The notes: generated by a model from the sequence alone, not told the origin. Shown: positions 29,913-39,308, counted from the stretch's first letter. The stretch: DNA of 62,187 bases from Oscillospiraceae bacterium (GCA_015063545.1 SVTX01000006.1:1-62187), one strand, 5' to 3'. Made by a program: numbers and translations.

Positions 29913-30514
29913 TTTTCCTCGTCAAGAAATCTTATGAATTTTGTTCTGTATATGGGGCAGGGACCGTATTCGCGAAGCGCATCCATGTGTGCCTTTGTGC
30001 CATATCCCTTATGTTTAGCAATCCCGTATTGGGGATATTCGCGGTCAAGATCTATGCACATTCTGTCTCGGGTGACTTTTGCCAGAATAGAAGCTGCTGC
30101 AATATTCATGGATTTTGAATCACCCTTGACAACCGCCATAGCGGGGATTTGAAAATCTCGCGCGATGTTCCCGTCTATGATAGCAAAATCCGCCTTTACC
30201 GATAATCCGTCAATGGCGCGCCTCATAGCCAGCAGATCTGCCTCAAGAATATTCATTTCATTTATCTCGTCAACCGAAGCCTCTGCAATACAGTAAGCTA
30301 CAGCTGACTCGCGTATCACGTCAAAAAGCGCCTCACGTTTTTTCTCGGTGAGCTTTTTTGAGTCGTTGAGTCCTTCTATGAAAAGTCCGTCGGGAAGTAT
30401 GCACGCCGCTGCAACTACGGGACCGCAAAGCGGGCCTCTGCCCGCCTCGTCAACGCCGCAAATGTTTTTATAGCCTTTGAGCGAAAGCTCCTGTTCTATT
30501 GAATAATCAGGCAT
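29909..30514 (-). CDS. rnhB: Ribonuclease HII
   Basis: GVDEAGRGPL, LNDSKKL, IAAASILAKV, HKGYGT. Confidence 0.96.
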   Translation of the reverse strand: MPDYSIEQELSLKGYKNICGVDEAGRGPLCGPVVAAACILPDGLFIEGLNDSKKLTEKKREALFDVIRESAVAYCIAEASVDEINEMNILEADLLAMRRAIDGLSVKADFAIIDGNIARDFQIPAMAVVKGDSKSMNIAAASILAKVTRDRMCIDLDREYPQYGIAKHKGYGTKAHMDALREYGPCPIYRTKFIRFLDEEK

Positions 30515-30529
30515 GATTTACCTCACAAA

Positions 30530-31396
30530 TTAAAGTCTGTCAAGCGTTATGCGACCGAGTTTTGAGCCGCGTAGCTCGTCAAGCAGCATGTCCGCTGTGC
30601 GCTCTGTGTTTATCTCACCGCCCGAAATGAGGAATCCTCGTTTTTTGCCGATAAGGCAGAGAAGCTCATAGTCTGTAAGGTCTGAGAAGGTATCGGGTGA
30701 GCCGAGCTTATATCGCTCACAAAGACGCTCGGGGTAGAGATTTCTCATTCTGTTGCACAGAGTCATTGCAAGAGATTCAATGTCAAGAATGTCGTCCTTT
30801 ACAGCACCCGTGAGTGCCAGATTTTCACCTACCGTTTTATCTTCAAACTTAGGCCAGAGAATGCCGGGCATATCAAGCAGGTCAATTCCTATACCTGTCG
30901 ATACCCACTGTTTGTCACGGGTAACACCGGGACGGTTTTCTACTTTAGCTTTTTTGCCGCCGGAGAGCTTGTTTATAAGTGTGGATTTACCCACGTTTGG
31001 AATACCGAGTACCATAGCGAAAAGTCTGCGTCCCGACATTCCTTTTTCCTCGTATCTGTCGAGTTTATCCTTCAGTATTTCTTTTACCGAAGGGAGAATT
31101 TTATTCAGTCCGTCGCCGCTGATGCAGTCGGCAAGAATACATCTCGTGCTTTCGTTTTGATAATGTTCGCAAAATATCCTGTTCTGCGCGGGGTCTGCAA
31201 GAGATGCCTTGTTGAGTATAATGATAGAAGGTTTATTTTCTTTTAATTTTGTGATTTCGGGATTGCGTGAGGAGAGGGGAATTCGGGCATCAAGAATTTC
31301 GATAACTATATCGACATTTTTTAAATTGTCCGAAATGAGTCTCCGTGTTTTCGCCATGTGCCCGGGAAACCACTGTATCTGTTTTGATGAATCCAT
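30530..31396 (-). CDS. ylqF: Ribosome biogenesis GTPase RbgA/YlqF
   Basis: QWFPGHM, DARIP, GIPNVGKS, LLD.PG.LWPK. Confidence 0.95.
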   Translation of the reverse strand: MDSSKQIQWFPGHMAKTRRLISDNLKNVDIVIEILDARIPLSSRNPEITKLKENKPSIIILNKASLADPAQNRIFCEHYQNESTRCILADCISGDGLNKILPSVKEILKDKLDRYEEKGMSGRRLFAMVLGIPNVGKSTLINKLSGGKKAKVENRPGVTRDKQWVSTGIGIDLLDMPGILWPKFEDKTVGENLALTGAVKDDILDIESLAMTLCNRMRNLYPERLCERYKLGSPDTFSDLTDYELLCLIGKKRGFLISGGEINTERTADMLLDELRGSKLGRITLDRL

Positions 31397-31410
31397 AATT
31401 TATCCTTTTG

Positions 31411-32160
31411 TCATTCGACTTTATAAAGAGCGAGACCGGACACTCTGAAAATGACTTTTCCCATTATTTGCTGCTCGGATATGCATCCTATGTTGGGATC
31501 TCTTGAATCCTTGGAATTTAGACGGTTGTCTCCCATTACGAAAACATATCCGTCCGGAATTGTTATTTCCGTCTTTCCGTAAAACAGCTTGTATCCGTTT
31601 TCCATGATATATACGTAATCTTCCTGCAAGAGCTTGCCATCGACTTTTACTGTCTGGTTATCGTGATCTATTTCTATTTTTTGTCCTTCTGTGGCAATAA
31701 CTCTTTTTACGATAGGCTTGTTGAGCTCTCCTGTTTCGTGCAGAACGACTATGTCGCCGCATTTTGGAGAATAGAACAGGTCGCGTGTCAAAAGCTTTTC
31801 GCCGTTTTTGAGGGTATTGTTCATCGAGTCACCGTCAACCACGCATATTCTGAATGCAAAGCTGAACAGAAAGAGCACCGCAAAAACAGCAAACGCGAAT
31901 ATTTCAACGTATTCAAGCAGAGAAACAAGGACTTTCTTTGTTTTGCTTGCATCGCTTTCCGCATTATCGTCTTGACGAGCTTCGCAATCATCTGCCGAAT
32001 CGTCAATATCTGTTTCATTGGATTCTGTATCAGATGTCACATCTTGATCTTCTGCCGAGATATCGATCCCAACAGTTATATTTTCAATATTGGAATCGTC
32101 TGTATTTTGTTCGGGAATTATATTGTCCGTATCGAAATTCAATTCTTTTTCGTCCAACAT
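31411..32160 (-). CDS. lepB: Signal peptidase I with an acidic N-terminal extension
   Basis: GDSM, IVKRVIA, MGDNR.NS.DSR. Confidence 0.9.
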   Translation of the reverse strand: MLDEKELNFDTDNIIPEQNTDDSNIENITVGIDISAEDQDVTSDTESNETDIDDSADDCEARQDDNAESDASKTKKVLVSLLEYVEIFAFAVFAVLFLFSFAFRICVVDGDSMNNTLKNGEKLLTRDLFYSPKCGDIVVLHETGELNKPIVKRVIATEGQKIEIDHDNQTVKVDGKLLQEDYVYIMENGYKLFYGKTEITIPDGYVFVMGDNRLNSKDSRDPNIGCISEQQIMGKVIFRVSGLALYKVE

Positions 32161-32178
32161 AAAAATCTCCTTTTTAGA

Positions 32179-33387
32179 TTATTTTTCAATGAGCAAGTCC
32201 ATAAGGGTATATCCGTGCTCTACGTAAAGTTCCGTAGCGGCTGCAGTATCTTCTGAGAATTTATCCACACCGCACTTGTTTTCCTTGGATGAGTATATCA
32301 TGAAGGGAACGGGGTCAATAGTATGCGTACGCAGACGCGTGGGTGTGGGGTGATCGGGGAGTATCATTATCTTGAAATCCTCGCCGCAACCCTTGAGGTA
32401 TTCGTGTACGGGAGCGAGAATCTTTTTGTCGATAAGCTCGATTGAGAGCACCTTGTTCTCAACCTCGGCTCTGTGACCGCACTCGTCGGGACCTTCAACG
32501 TGAATATATACGTACTCTGCACCATTCTTGAATGCGTCGATAGCGGCCTGCGCCTTGCCGTCGTAATTGGTATGTACGTTACCCGTCGCTCCCTCTACGT
32601 CGATGGATTTCATGCCCGCGCAAAGACCGATGCCCTTGATAAGGTCAACCGCGGAGATTACTGTACCGTCAAGATTCCATTTGTCCTTAAAGGAGGGAAG
32701 CGCGGGCTTCTTTCCGGGGCTCCAGAGCCAAATTGAGTTTGCGGGACGGAGACCGCGCGCGCGGCGCGCTTCATTTACGGGGTGATGCTCAAGAATATCC
32801 CAGCTCGCTTTCATAAGCTCGTAAAATACCTTTCCGTCCTCGCCGTGAGGAAGGTAGTCCTTTATGCACTGACCGAGAATGTCGTGGGGGCGCATAAAAT
32901 TATAAGTATCACATCCATCTTTCCAGATGATGCAGTGACGGTAGCTGACACCTGTATAGAATTTAAGGAACTCTGTGCCGAGCTTTTCATCAAGTGTTTT
33001 TATAAGCTGATCAGCCTCGGCGGTGGTTATCTCGTCGGCGCTGTGGTCGAGCATTATTTTTTCGTCGTATTCGCCATCATCGGAAAGCGTAACTACATTG
33101 CAACGGTATGCCACCTCGTCGGGTTGCATCTCAATGCCCATACTTACCGCCTCAAGGGGGGAGCGACCCTTGGAATAAACCTTGGGATCAAAGGAGAGGA
33201 TAGCCATGTTTGCTGTGTCGCTTTCGGGAACCATTCCTGCGGGTACGTTTGAAACTGTGCCTACTACGGATACTTTCGCAAGAGCGTCCATGTGGGGCTT
33301 GTCTGCCGCTTCCATGGGAGTTTTATTGTTTAAGGCGGAAATTTTTTCATCTGCCATGCCATCGGGGATAAGAACAAGATACTTCAT
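32179..33387 (-). CDS. apgM: Cofactor-independent phosphoglycerate mutase (ApgM type)
   Basis: DGMAD, PESD.AN, GRSPLEA, HVEGPDECGH, PDHPTP..H. Confidence 0.88.
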   Translation of the reverse strand: MKYLVLIPDGMADEKISALNNKTPMEAADKPHMDALAKVSVVGTVSNVPAGMVPESDTANMAILSFDPKVYSKGRSPLEAVSMGIEMQPDEVAYRCNVVTLSDDGEYDEKIMLDHSADEITTAEADQLIKTLDEKLGTEFLKFYTGVSYRHCIIWKDGCDTYNFMRPHDILGQCIKDYLPHGEDGKVFYELMKASWDILEHHPVNEARRARGLRPANSIWLWSPGKKPALPSFKDKWNLDGTVISAVDLIKGIGLCAGMKSIDVEGATGNVHTNYDGKAQAAIDAFKNGAEYVYIHVEGPDECGHRAEVENKVLSIELIDKKILAPVHEYLKGCGEDFKIMILPDHPTPTRLRTHTIDPVPFMIYSSKENKCGVDKFSEDTAAATELYVEHGYTLMDLLIEK

Positions 33388-33597
33388 GATGTTTGTGCCT
33401 TTCTGAAAATCATGCCAAACAATATGGCATTATAATTATACATCTTACATTATATCACAGAATTTATAATAAGACAACACTATTTTAAAATATTTTCAAG
33501 CTTTTTTTGCTTATGTGAGGAATTTTGCATTTGTCCATATTAGTGAGAATACATAAATTTAAAAGAAAACTTTGTGCACAATTTCAGAAAAACGCTA

Positions 33598-33626
33598 TTG
33601 ACAATCATGTGACCGCGTGATATAAT
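33598..33626 (+). promoter_or_regulatory. sigma-A promoter with extended -10
   Basis: TTGACA-17-TATAAT, with TG upstream of -10. Confidence 0.75.
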
Positions 33627-33661
33627 ATTTTCAACAGATAAGTTTTGGATTGGGGACAGGT

Positions 33662-34210
33662 ATGACTAGCTACATTGATCTGAATAAAAAATTCAAGCGT
33701 AAAGTGATATTAAGAGTAATATATTCTGTGCTTATAGGTATAGGAATATTTTTTGCATGCTTTTCTACTGTTGCGGGTTTTTCTCATGCAGGTGATTGGT
33801 TATATGCCACGTACGGATTTGGCTTTGTTTTGTGGATAATAGCGATATACAATCTCAGAACTGTCCATTTATTGTTTGAGAAGGAGTGGACGGGGGATAT
33901 AATTTCCATTGAACTTCGCAACGGATATTATTCGCCTTACAAATTTGAGGCAAGGGCTGTTCGTTTGATCCCTACTGTGTACATAGATATGATAGTCAAA
34001 GATGAGAAGGGAAAAAACAAAAAAATAACCTACAATACAGCTTTTATAAATGCGTCATACTATCGCTTGGGTATGACGGTAGTACACAAAAAAGGCTCGA
34101 AATATCTCATAGATAAGCATCCTCCTAAAGATAAGATAATATGTCCTTTATGTACAAACACTTTGTGGGAAACCAAGTGTGATAGATGCGGAATAAAATT
34201 TGATATATAA
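33662..34210 (+). CDS. Hypothetical membrane protein with C-terminal CxxC..CxxC
   Basis: Two TM helices and CPLC...CDRC; has its own promoter and a downstream hairpin (34216-34256). Confidence 0.7.
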   Translation: MTSYIDLNKKFKRKVILRVIYSVLIGIGIFFACFSTVAGFSHAGDWLYATYGFGFVLWIIAIYNLRTVHLLFEKEWTGDIISIELRNGYYSPYKFEARAVRLIPTVYIDMIVKDEKGKNKKITYNTAFINASYYRLGMTVVHKKGSKYLIDKHPPKDKIICPLCTNTLWETKCDRCGIKFDI

Positions 34211-34261
34211 AAAGTCGGTGACACGCTATGTCTTTGCGGATATTGCGTGTCACCGAAATTT

Positions 34262-35602
34262 TTATTTGTATTTTCTGTGTGAGCCCTTGCGGTTTTTATG
34301 CTTTATGATTATCAATGCCGTGGGTAGCGAGATAACCGCCACAATAGCTGTTATCAAAAAAGCGCGGCTGTGAGTGTATTCTGAAATTTTATTTACGGCT
34401 GCGAGTATGGGATTTTGCGTGTAATCATCAGCGAGGACCAGGTCGCACTTTCCAACGCAATCACCGTTGTAGTATATCTTGACCTCTCCTACCTTATGTC
34501 CTGCCGAGACCGGAGCATCTACCTTCTGTGATGACAGCTCTATCTTTCTTGTCAGGAGATTTTCAGAATACTGTATGTTTTTGGGAAGATATACCTTAAG
34601 ATCTTGTGCTGTAACATATGCACCCTGATTCTTAGCCATGCCCGTAAGCCCTATTTCAATGAGTCCGAGCTCGGTACCTTTTTTGTATATCGTGTGTGTC
34701 TGATATTCCGCTACAGCCCATTTTACAAGTTTATTTGCGGCGGCATATGCAAAAATGTTGTTTTCATCCTCATGTCCACCGAGAATGACGCACAGATATT
34801 TTTGATCACTATGCGAGGCAACCGTTATTAAACTCCATCCGCCTACACTCTGCGACTGTCCCGCGTTCATTCCAAAGCAATGCTCGTTATAATATTTCCC
34901 GCCATACAGTCTGTCGTGATGCGACGATATGAGATAATTGCGGTTATATACTGTTTCAGATGTGCTGAGAGTGTACATGTTTTCTGAGCAAATCTCCATA
35001 TACAGTGAGTTTTTGTATGCTGCCAAGGCTATCTTTGCGGTGTCTGATGCGGTTGTTACCATGGATTCATTGTTTGGATATCCAATGGGGTTTGTGTAAT
35101 GGGTTTTTGTTGCTCCGAGCTCATGAGCCCGTCTGTTCATCATAGCAACAAAATTTTCAGCACTTCCGCCCACAAGATAAGCGATCACGTATGCGGCATC
35201 ATTATAGCTTCCGCATATAGCCAAATAGAGAAGGTCTGATACCAAAACCTTATCGCCCGCTTTAAGATCGTACTTTAATCCGCTTATATTTGATCCGTTG
35301 ATTCCTACAAGCATCTCACCTGTTATTTGTACTTGCTGTTGCAATTTGTTTTCAAAATTTTCGCAAGCCAAAAGCCCCATCATTACTTTTGCGCTTGTAG
35401 ATGTGGCAAGTGGGGTGTTATCATTTTCAGCCTTAAGGATCTTGTCGGACGTTATATTGTAAAAATAAATTGCGTCAACGCCTTCTGTTTTCGGGGGCTC
35501 TGGAAGCCCGATGTCCTCCGCGCAGGTGACCGTCGAAAAAAGCGGTATTACAGAACAAACCAAAAGCAGAAATGCCACAATAAGCAGGAGGAATTTTTTC
35601 AT
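34262..35602 (-). CDS. Peptidase S11 (D-Ala-D-Ala carboxypeptidase)-like protein, catalytic motifs altered
   Basis: Signal peptide, S.NDAA, FV.MMN.RA.ELG..T.Y.NP.G, PBP5 C-domain, C-terminal TM. SxxK reads TSAK; KTG reads NAG. Confidence 0.82.
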   Translation of the reverse strand: MKKFLLLIVAFLLLVCSVIPLFSTVTCAEDIGLPEPPKTEGVDAIYFYNITSDKILKAENDNTPLATSTSAKVMMGLLACENFENKLQQQVQITGEMLVGINGSNISGLKYDLKAGDKVLVSDLLYLAICGSYNDAAYVIAYLVGGSAENFVAMMNRRAHELGATKTHYTNPIGYPNNESMVTTASDTAKIALAAYKNSLYMEICSENMYTLSTSETVYNRNYLISSHHDRLYGGKYYNEHCFGMNAGQSQSVGGWSLITVASHSDQKYLCVILGGHEDENNIFAYAAANKLVKWAVAEYQTHTIYKKGTELGLIEIGLTGMAKNQGAYVTAQDLKVYLPKNIQYSENLLTRKIELSSQKVDAPVSAGHKVGEVKIYYNGDCVGKCDLVLADDYTQNPILAAVNKISEYTHSRAFLITAIVAVISLPTALIIIKHKNRKGSHRKYK

Positions 35603-36543
35603 ATGTCAACCTCCGTCTGCTTAAAATACGATTTGGCATGCTCTAAATCGGCTGAGATAGCATCGCACAACTGTTCAATGCACGAAAATTTCTTTTCCGG
35701 ACGCAGAAATTTATAAAACTCTGTTTTGATGGTATCTCCGTATATATTTCCGTCAAAATCTATGATGTGCGTTTCGCAGTTGACCTTGTGAGAATCTATA
35801 CTGCCGGATATCGTGGGACGTATGCCGACATTAGAAACGCCTGTATATTTTTTACCGCTTGACATTTGACATATAGTAGCGTATATTCCGAATTTTGGAA
35901 TTATACATCCATTAGCAAATTCCTGGTTGGCAGTAGGGAAATTCATTTTGTGGCCCAGCTGTTTTCCTTTTTTGACTTCTGCTCGAATAAAATGCGGTCT
36001 TCCCAAAAATTTTCGAGCTTGCTCCATGTCCCCGTCAAGAATAAATTTTCTTATTTGAGAGGAGCTTACAGTCAATCCGTCAAGTTCTATCCTGCCAAGC
36101 ACAACGGTGTTAGTTTTTCCAAATTTTGCTTGAAGAAGCAGGGCATCACCCAGCCTGTTTTTGCCAAATTTGAAATCATATCCGCACACGGCACCAATGC
36201 AATTGAGCTCTCCTATCAGATGGTTTGATACAAAGCTGTCGGCAGACAGATCCTTGAAAAACGGGAAATCAGCCACTATAACAAAATCCATTCCGTGTTC
36301 AAAGAATATGCTCAGCTTGTCTTCGGTCGACATTATAATGTTCGAAGTGTTTTGTGTTTCCAGGCACCATGCTCCCACCGAGGTTGCACCAAGGAGCTTC
36401 TTCTGTTCGACAGCTTTTTTCAGTAGAGCTGAATGAGCTATGTGTATGCCGTCAAAGTTTCCAAGCGTTATGATACAGTCTGATAAAACAAACGGGTTAT
36501 TTGGAAAAACAATTCTGAATCCTGTTTTATTTATTGTTGTCAT
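35599..36543 (-). CDS. ribF: Bifunctional riboflavin kinase/FAD synthetase
   Basis: GNFDGIH.AH, GYDFKFG, SSS.IR, FPTAN, NVG.RPT, ETHI.DF. Confidence 0.93.
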   Translation of the reverse strand: MTTINKTGFRIVFPNNPFVLSDCIITLGNFDGIHIAHSALLKKAVEQKKLLGATSVGAWCLETQNTSNIIMSTEDKLSIFFEHGMDFVIVADFPFFKDLSADSFVSNHLIGELNCIGAVCGYDFKFGKNRLGDALLLQAKFGKTNTVVLGRIELDGLTVSSSQIRKFILDGDMEQARKFLGRPHFIRAEVKKGKQLGHKMNFPTANQEFANGCIIPKFGIYATICQMSSGKKYTGVSNVGIRPTISGSIDSHKVNCETHIIDFDGNIYGDTIKTEFYKFLRPEKKFSCIEQLCDAISADLEHAKSYFKQTEVDI

Positions 36544-36829
36544 CTTGCGTTTTTGTAAGATAATACTTTACCATGTCTTCAAGAAGCGCATCGCGATCGA
36601 TCTTGCCGATGAGATTCCTTGCATTTCCGTAGTTTGCAACATGTGTGGGGTCCTCGGAAAGCAAAAAACCAACTATTTGAGATACGGGATTGTATCCGCC
36701 AAGCTCAATAGAATTTCCAACCTCAAGCAGTACATCGCGGTATTCCGAAAGTGGAATTATGCATTCTTCGGTGTTTTTGGGTTCCTCTGAGGGGGTATTT
36801 AATCTTCCTTTTATTGTTTCTAAAACCAT
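36527..36829 (-). CDS. IreB/ReoM (DUF965) regulatory phosphoprotein
   Basis: GYNPVSQIVGFLLSEDPT, AR.LI.KIDRD.LLE. Confidence 0.85.
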   Translation of the reverse strand: MVLETIKGRLNTPSEEPKNTEECIIPLSEYRDVLLEVGNSIELGGYNPVSQIVGFLLSEDPTHVANYGNARNLIGKIDRDALLEDMVKYYLTKTQDDNNK

Positions 36830-36842
36830 GTTTTTACCTCTC

Positions 36843-37427
36843 TTAATTTTCGCCAAACATTTTATTGAGCAGATCATCTGAACGGCGCTTTATGATGGCA
36901 GCATAGTATGCAACGACGATAATTTCGAGCGCGTTTGTAAGTCTGTCGCGAGCGCCTGCGACAGGTTCTTTATAATTTGCGGTGATCTTTGCTATTTCAT
37001 GCTTTATAGATCCCAATGAACAGGATTCATGCAGCATCAAGGAATCAAGTATCTTGCAGATATAGTCGTACAATATGGAATCTTCAATAATGTCATCGCT
37101 TCTGTCATCTACTTTTCCGTTGATGTACTGAATAAGACCTGCGATTTTATCAAGCTGCATGCAAGAACGAAGCATGTTGATTATGAGTATATGAGCGAAT
37201 TGGTTCATATTGTATTTTTTTAGCTTTGCGTTTTCCACCCAACCGCGCTTTGTCCAGTTCTGCAATGTGGAGCCGTCGATGCCGGAAACGTCTCTTATCT
37301 GGGTAAGCATGACACCGTTGGATATATAAAATACTTTGGACAAAAACTCAAGTCCTGTTACGTTTCCCATTTCCGAACGCAGTAATTTTGTACCCGGAAT
37401 AAAATCGTCTTTGATCTGAAGATTCAT
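36843..37427 (-). CDS. DUF1836-like protein (MerR-like HTH)
   Basis: L.QI....G.....LQNWTKRG.V......KKY pattern. Start at the ATG after GAGGT. Confidence 0.7.
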   Translation of the reverse strand: MNLQIKDDFIPGTKLLRSEMGNVTGLEFLSKVFYISNGVMLTQIRDVSGIDGSTLQNWTKRGWVENAKLKKYNMNQFAHILIINMLRSCMQLDKIAGLIQYINGKVDDRSDDIIEDSILYDYICKILDSLMLHESCSLGSIKHEIAKITANYKEPVAGARDRLTNALEIIVVAYYAAIIKRRSDDLLNKMFGEN

Positions 37428-37543
37428 GTTTCTACCTCTTTTCCTTTGGATATGTTTTTTTACTGTGATGTGTGTAGATGTTATACAATGTATATTATAT
37501 ATTACAATCATGTGATTGTCAAGTGCAGTACGGAAAATAAAAA

Positions 37544-37570
37544 ATAATTTATGTGGATTGCACATATACT
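37544..37570 (+). promoter_or_regulatory. sigma-E-like sporulation promoter
   Basis: ATA-16-CATATACT upstream of a SpoIVFB-like gene. Confidence 0.5.
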
Positions 37571-37598
37571 GTGGTATAGATTTTTTGCGAGGGAAAAT

Positions 37599-38255
37599 AT
37601 GAAGATCAGTATAGGTGCAGACGGTTTTTTATTGCTTTTTGGGGTGTTGTTGGCCGAAAATCGCGCGGCGGGGATTATATGCATAATTTGTGCTACCATA
37701 CATGAGCTCGGGCATATTTTTGCGGCGGCGGTTATGAAAATTAGGCTAAGAGAATTGAAAATAGGCTTTGCAGGTGCGAGAATTTATCCTCAAAATGAAG
37801 TCTTGCCGTATAAAAAAGAGTTTTTTCTATGTGCCGCAGGGCCGTTTGTGAATCTAACATTTGCCTTTTTGGGTGTATTTGCGTTTAATGTATTCTTTTT
37901 GAACAATGGCGCAGTTTTTGAAGATAGATTGATTCAAGTGTTTGATGTTTTGCGCGGCAACAGCGGAGATTTTGAAATCATGCTACTGTTATTTGTGATA
38001 GTATCTTTCATGCAGGCATTAGTCAATCTTTTGCCGATAGAGGGGCTGGATGGCGGGAGAATGATGGTATCTGTGATCTCGCAATATTCCAACGCACAGA
38101 CGGCATATAGGGCAGAAAGAGCTATTACGTTCTGCACTGTAACTGTCATGTGGTTGCTTTCGATATATCTTTTGCTCAAAACCTCAAGTGGAATAGGCAT
38201 ACTTCTGTGCGCGGCATCCACATTTGTAAAAATGATAAAAACAGACGGCAATTAA
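37599..38255 (+). CDS. M50 site-2 membrane metalloprotease, SpoIVFB-like
   Basis: HELGH, AAGP.VN, NLLP...LDGG; hydrophobic. Confidence 0.82.
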   Translation: MKISIGADGFLLLFGVLLAENRAAGIICIICATIHELGHIFAAAVMKIRLRELKIGFAGARIYPQNEVLPYKKEFFLCAAGPFVNLTFAFLGVFAFNVFFLNNGAVFEDRLIQVFDVLRGNSGDFEIMLLLFVIVSFMQALVNLLPIEGLDGGRMMVSVISQYSNAQTAYRAERAITFCTVTVMWLLSIYLLLKTSSGIGILLCAASTFVKMIKTDGN

Positions 38256-38303
38256 CATATAAAAAACGGGGGCATTTTGCTCCCGTTTTTGCATTACCAA
38301 ATT

Positions 38304-38837
38304 TTAAAGTGTGATGTTGTGCGTTACTTTGTAAGATCCAAGCGCGCCTGTCTCGGAAGTACCGATAAGAATCTTTTCAACGCGCAATGACGTTGGTACT
38401 TTTTCACTCTTGATTTTATTATAGGCTCTGTCTGTTTTTGTTGTGTCTGAATCCATAAAGAGGGTAGTGTGGAATTTGTAATCCATGTCATATTCATGGA
38501 GCGGTACGTTGTATTTTTCGAGCAAAATACGGTTGAGATCATCGTGTATAAGGTTTACTGTGGGGCTTTCCTTCATACGTATCCATACTATAGTTTCTTC
38601 TTTTTCAATGCCTGCAACCTCAATATCAAACGGTTTGATTTGTTTGTAGTAATCAAGTATCGTATTTATGACGTCGGCATATATGCTATTATCAACGCAA
38701 AATGACATTTTGAGCGAAATATGAAAGGGAAGAGTGAAGTTGGAATTTGCAAATCCTATGTCGCTCTCAATTTGTTTGGCTGCTGATTTTATATTTCCAA
38801 GCTGACTGTCAACATCGATTCCTGTCCAGATGTACAT
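38304..38837 (-). CDS. 2H phosphoesterase (2'-5' RNA ligase/ThpR-like family)
   Basis: Two HxS/T motifs (FHISL, FHTTL) with typical spacing; 177 aa. Confidence 0.8.
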   Translation of the reverse strand: MYIWTGIDVDSQLGNIKSAAKQIESDIGFANSNFTLPFHISLKMSFCVDNSIYADVINTILDYYKQIKPFDIEVAGIEKEETIVWIRMKESPTVNLIHDDLNRILLEKYNVPLHEYDMDYKFHTTLFMDSDTTKTDRAYNKIKSEKVPTSLRVEKILIGTSETGALGSYKVTHNITL

Positions 38838-38874
38838 GTGGTTCTCCTTTGGGGATAATATCAGTGATACAAAT

Positions 38875-38903
38875 ATTATACCAGTCGCGGCGAGTTATGT
38901 CAA
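38875..38903 (-). promoter_or_regulatory. sigma-A promoter of the 2H phosphoesterase gene
   Basis: TTGACA-17-TATAAT on the minus strand, extended -10. Confidence 0.7.
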
Positions 38904-38927
38904 TAGAGTGATCACATCGGTTGTTCA

Positions 38928-39207
38928 CCCTTCATCCGCACCACTCAAAAACGCACCCATCAAAGCAATATATGCCAATGGGAGGGGCGGGACTTGAACT
39001 TTCACATAAAATTCTGCGAATTTTATGTGATGGGCTCTGTGTTACCCTTCGTCCGCACCACTCAAAAACGCACCCATCAAAGCAATATATGCCAATGGGA
39101 GGCGGGACTTGAACTTTCATATAAAATTCTGCGAATTTTATGTGATGGGCTCTGTGTTATCCTTCATCCGCACCACTCAAAAACGCACCCATTTGGGTGC
39201 GTTTGAG
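38928..39207. repeat. Tandem array of tRNA-derived units (117 bp, 115 bp and a partial third)
   Basis: Units start at 38928, 39045 and 39160. Each begins with an inverted copy of the tRNA-Leu(CAG) 3' end; the full units also carry GGGACTTGAAC and a 13-bp-stem hairpin. Confidence 0.9.
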
Positions 39208-39294
39208 TGGTGCGGATGAAGGGACTTGAACCCATATGAAATTGCTTTCACTGGAACCTGAATCCAGCGCGTCTGCCAATTCCGCCACATCCGC
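39208..39294 (-). tRNA. tRNA-Leu(CAG)
   Basis: GCGGATG..GGAATTGGCAGAC, anticodon arm CTGGA-TTCAGGT-TCCAG, long variable arm, GGGTTCAAGTCCC, encoded CCA. Confidence 0.95.
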
Positions 39295-39308
39295 ATATTA
39301 AATTTGTG

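Noticed and set aside
38928-39207. CRISPR array
   Set aside because: Whole units are near-identical with no unique spacers, the repeats derive from the tRNA, and no cas genes are present.
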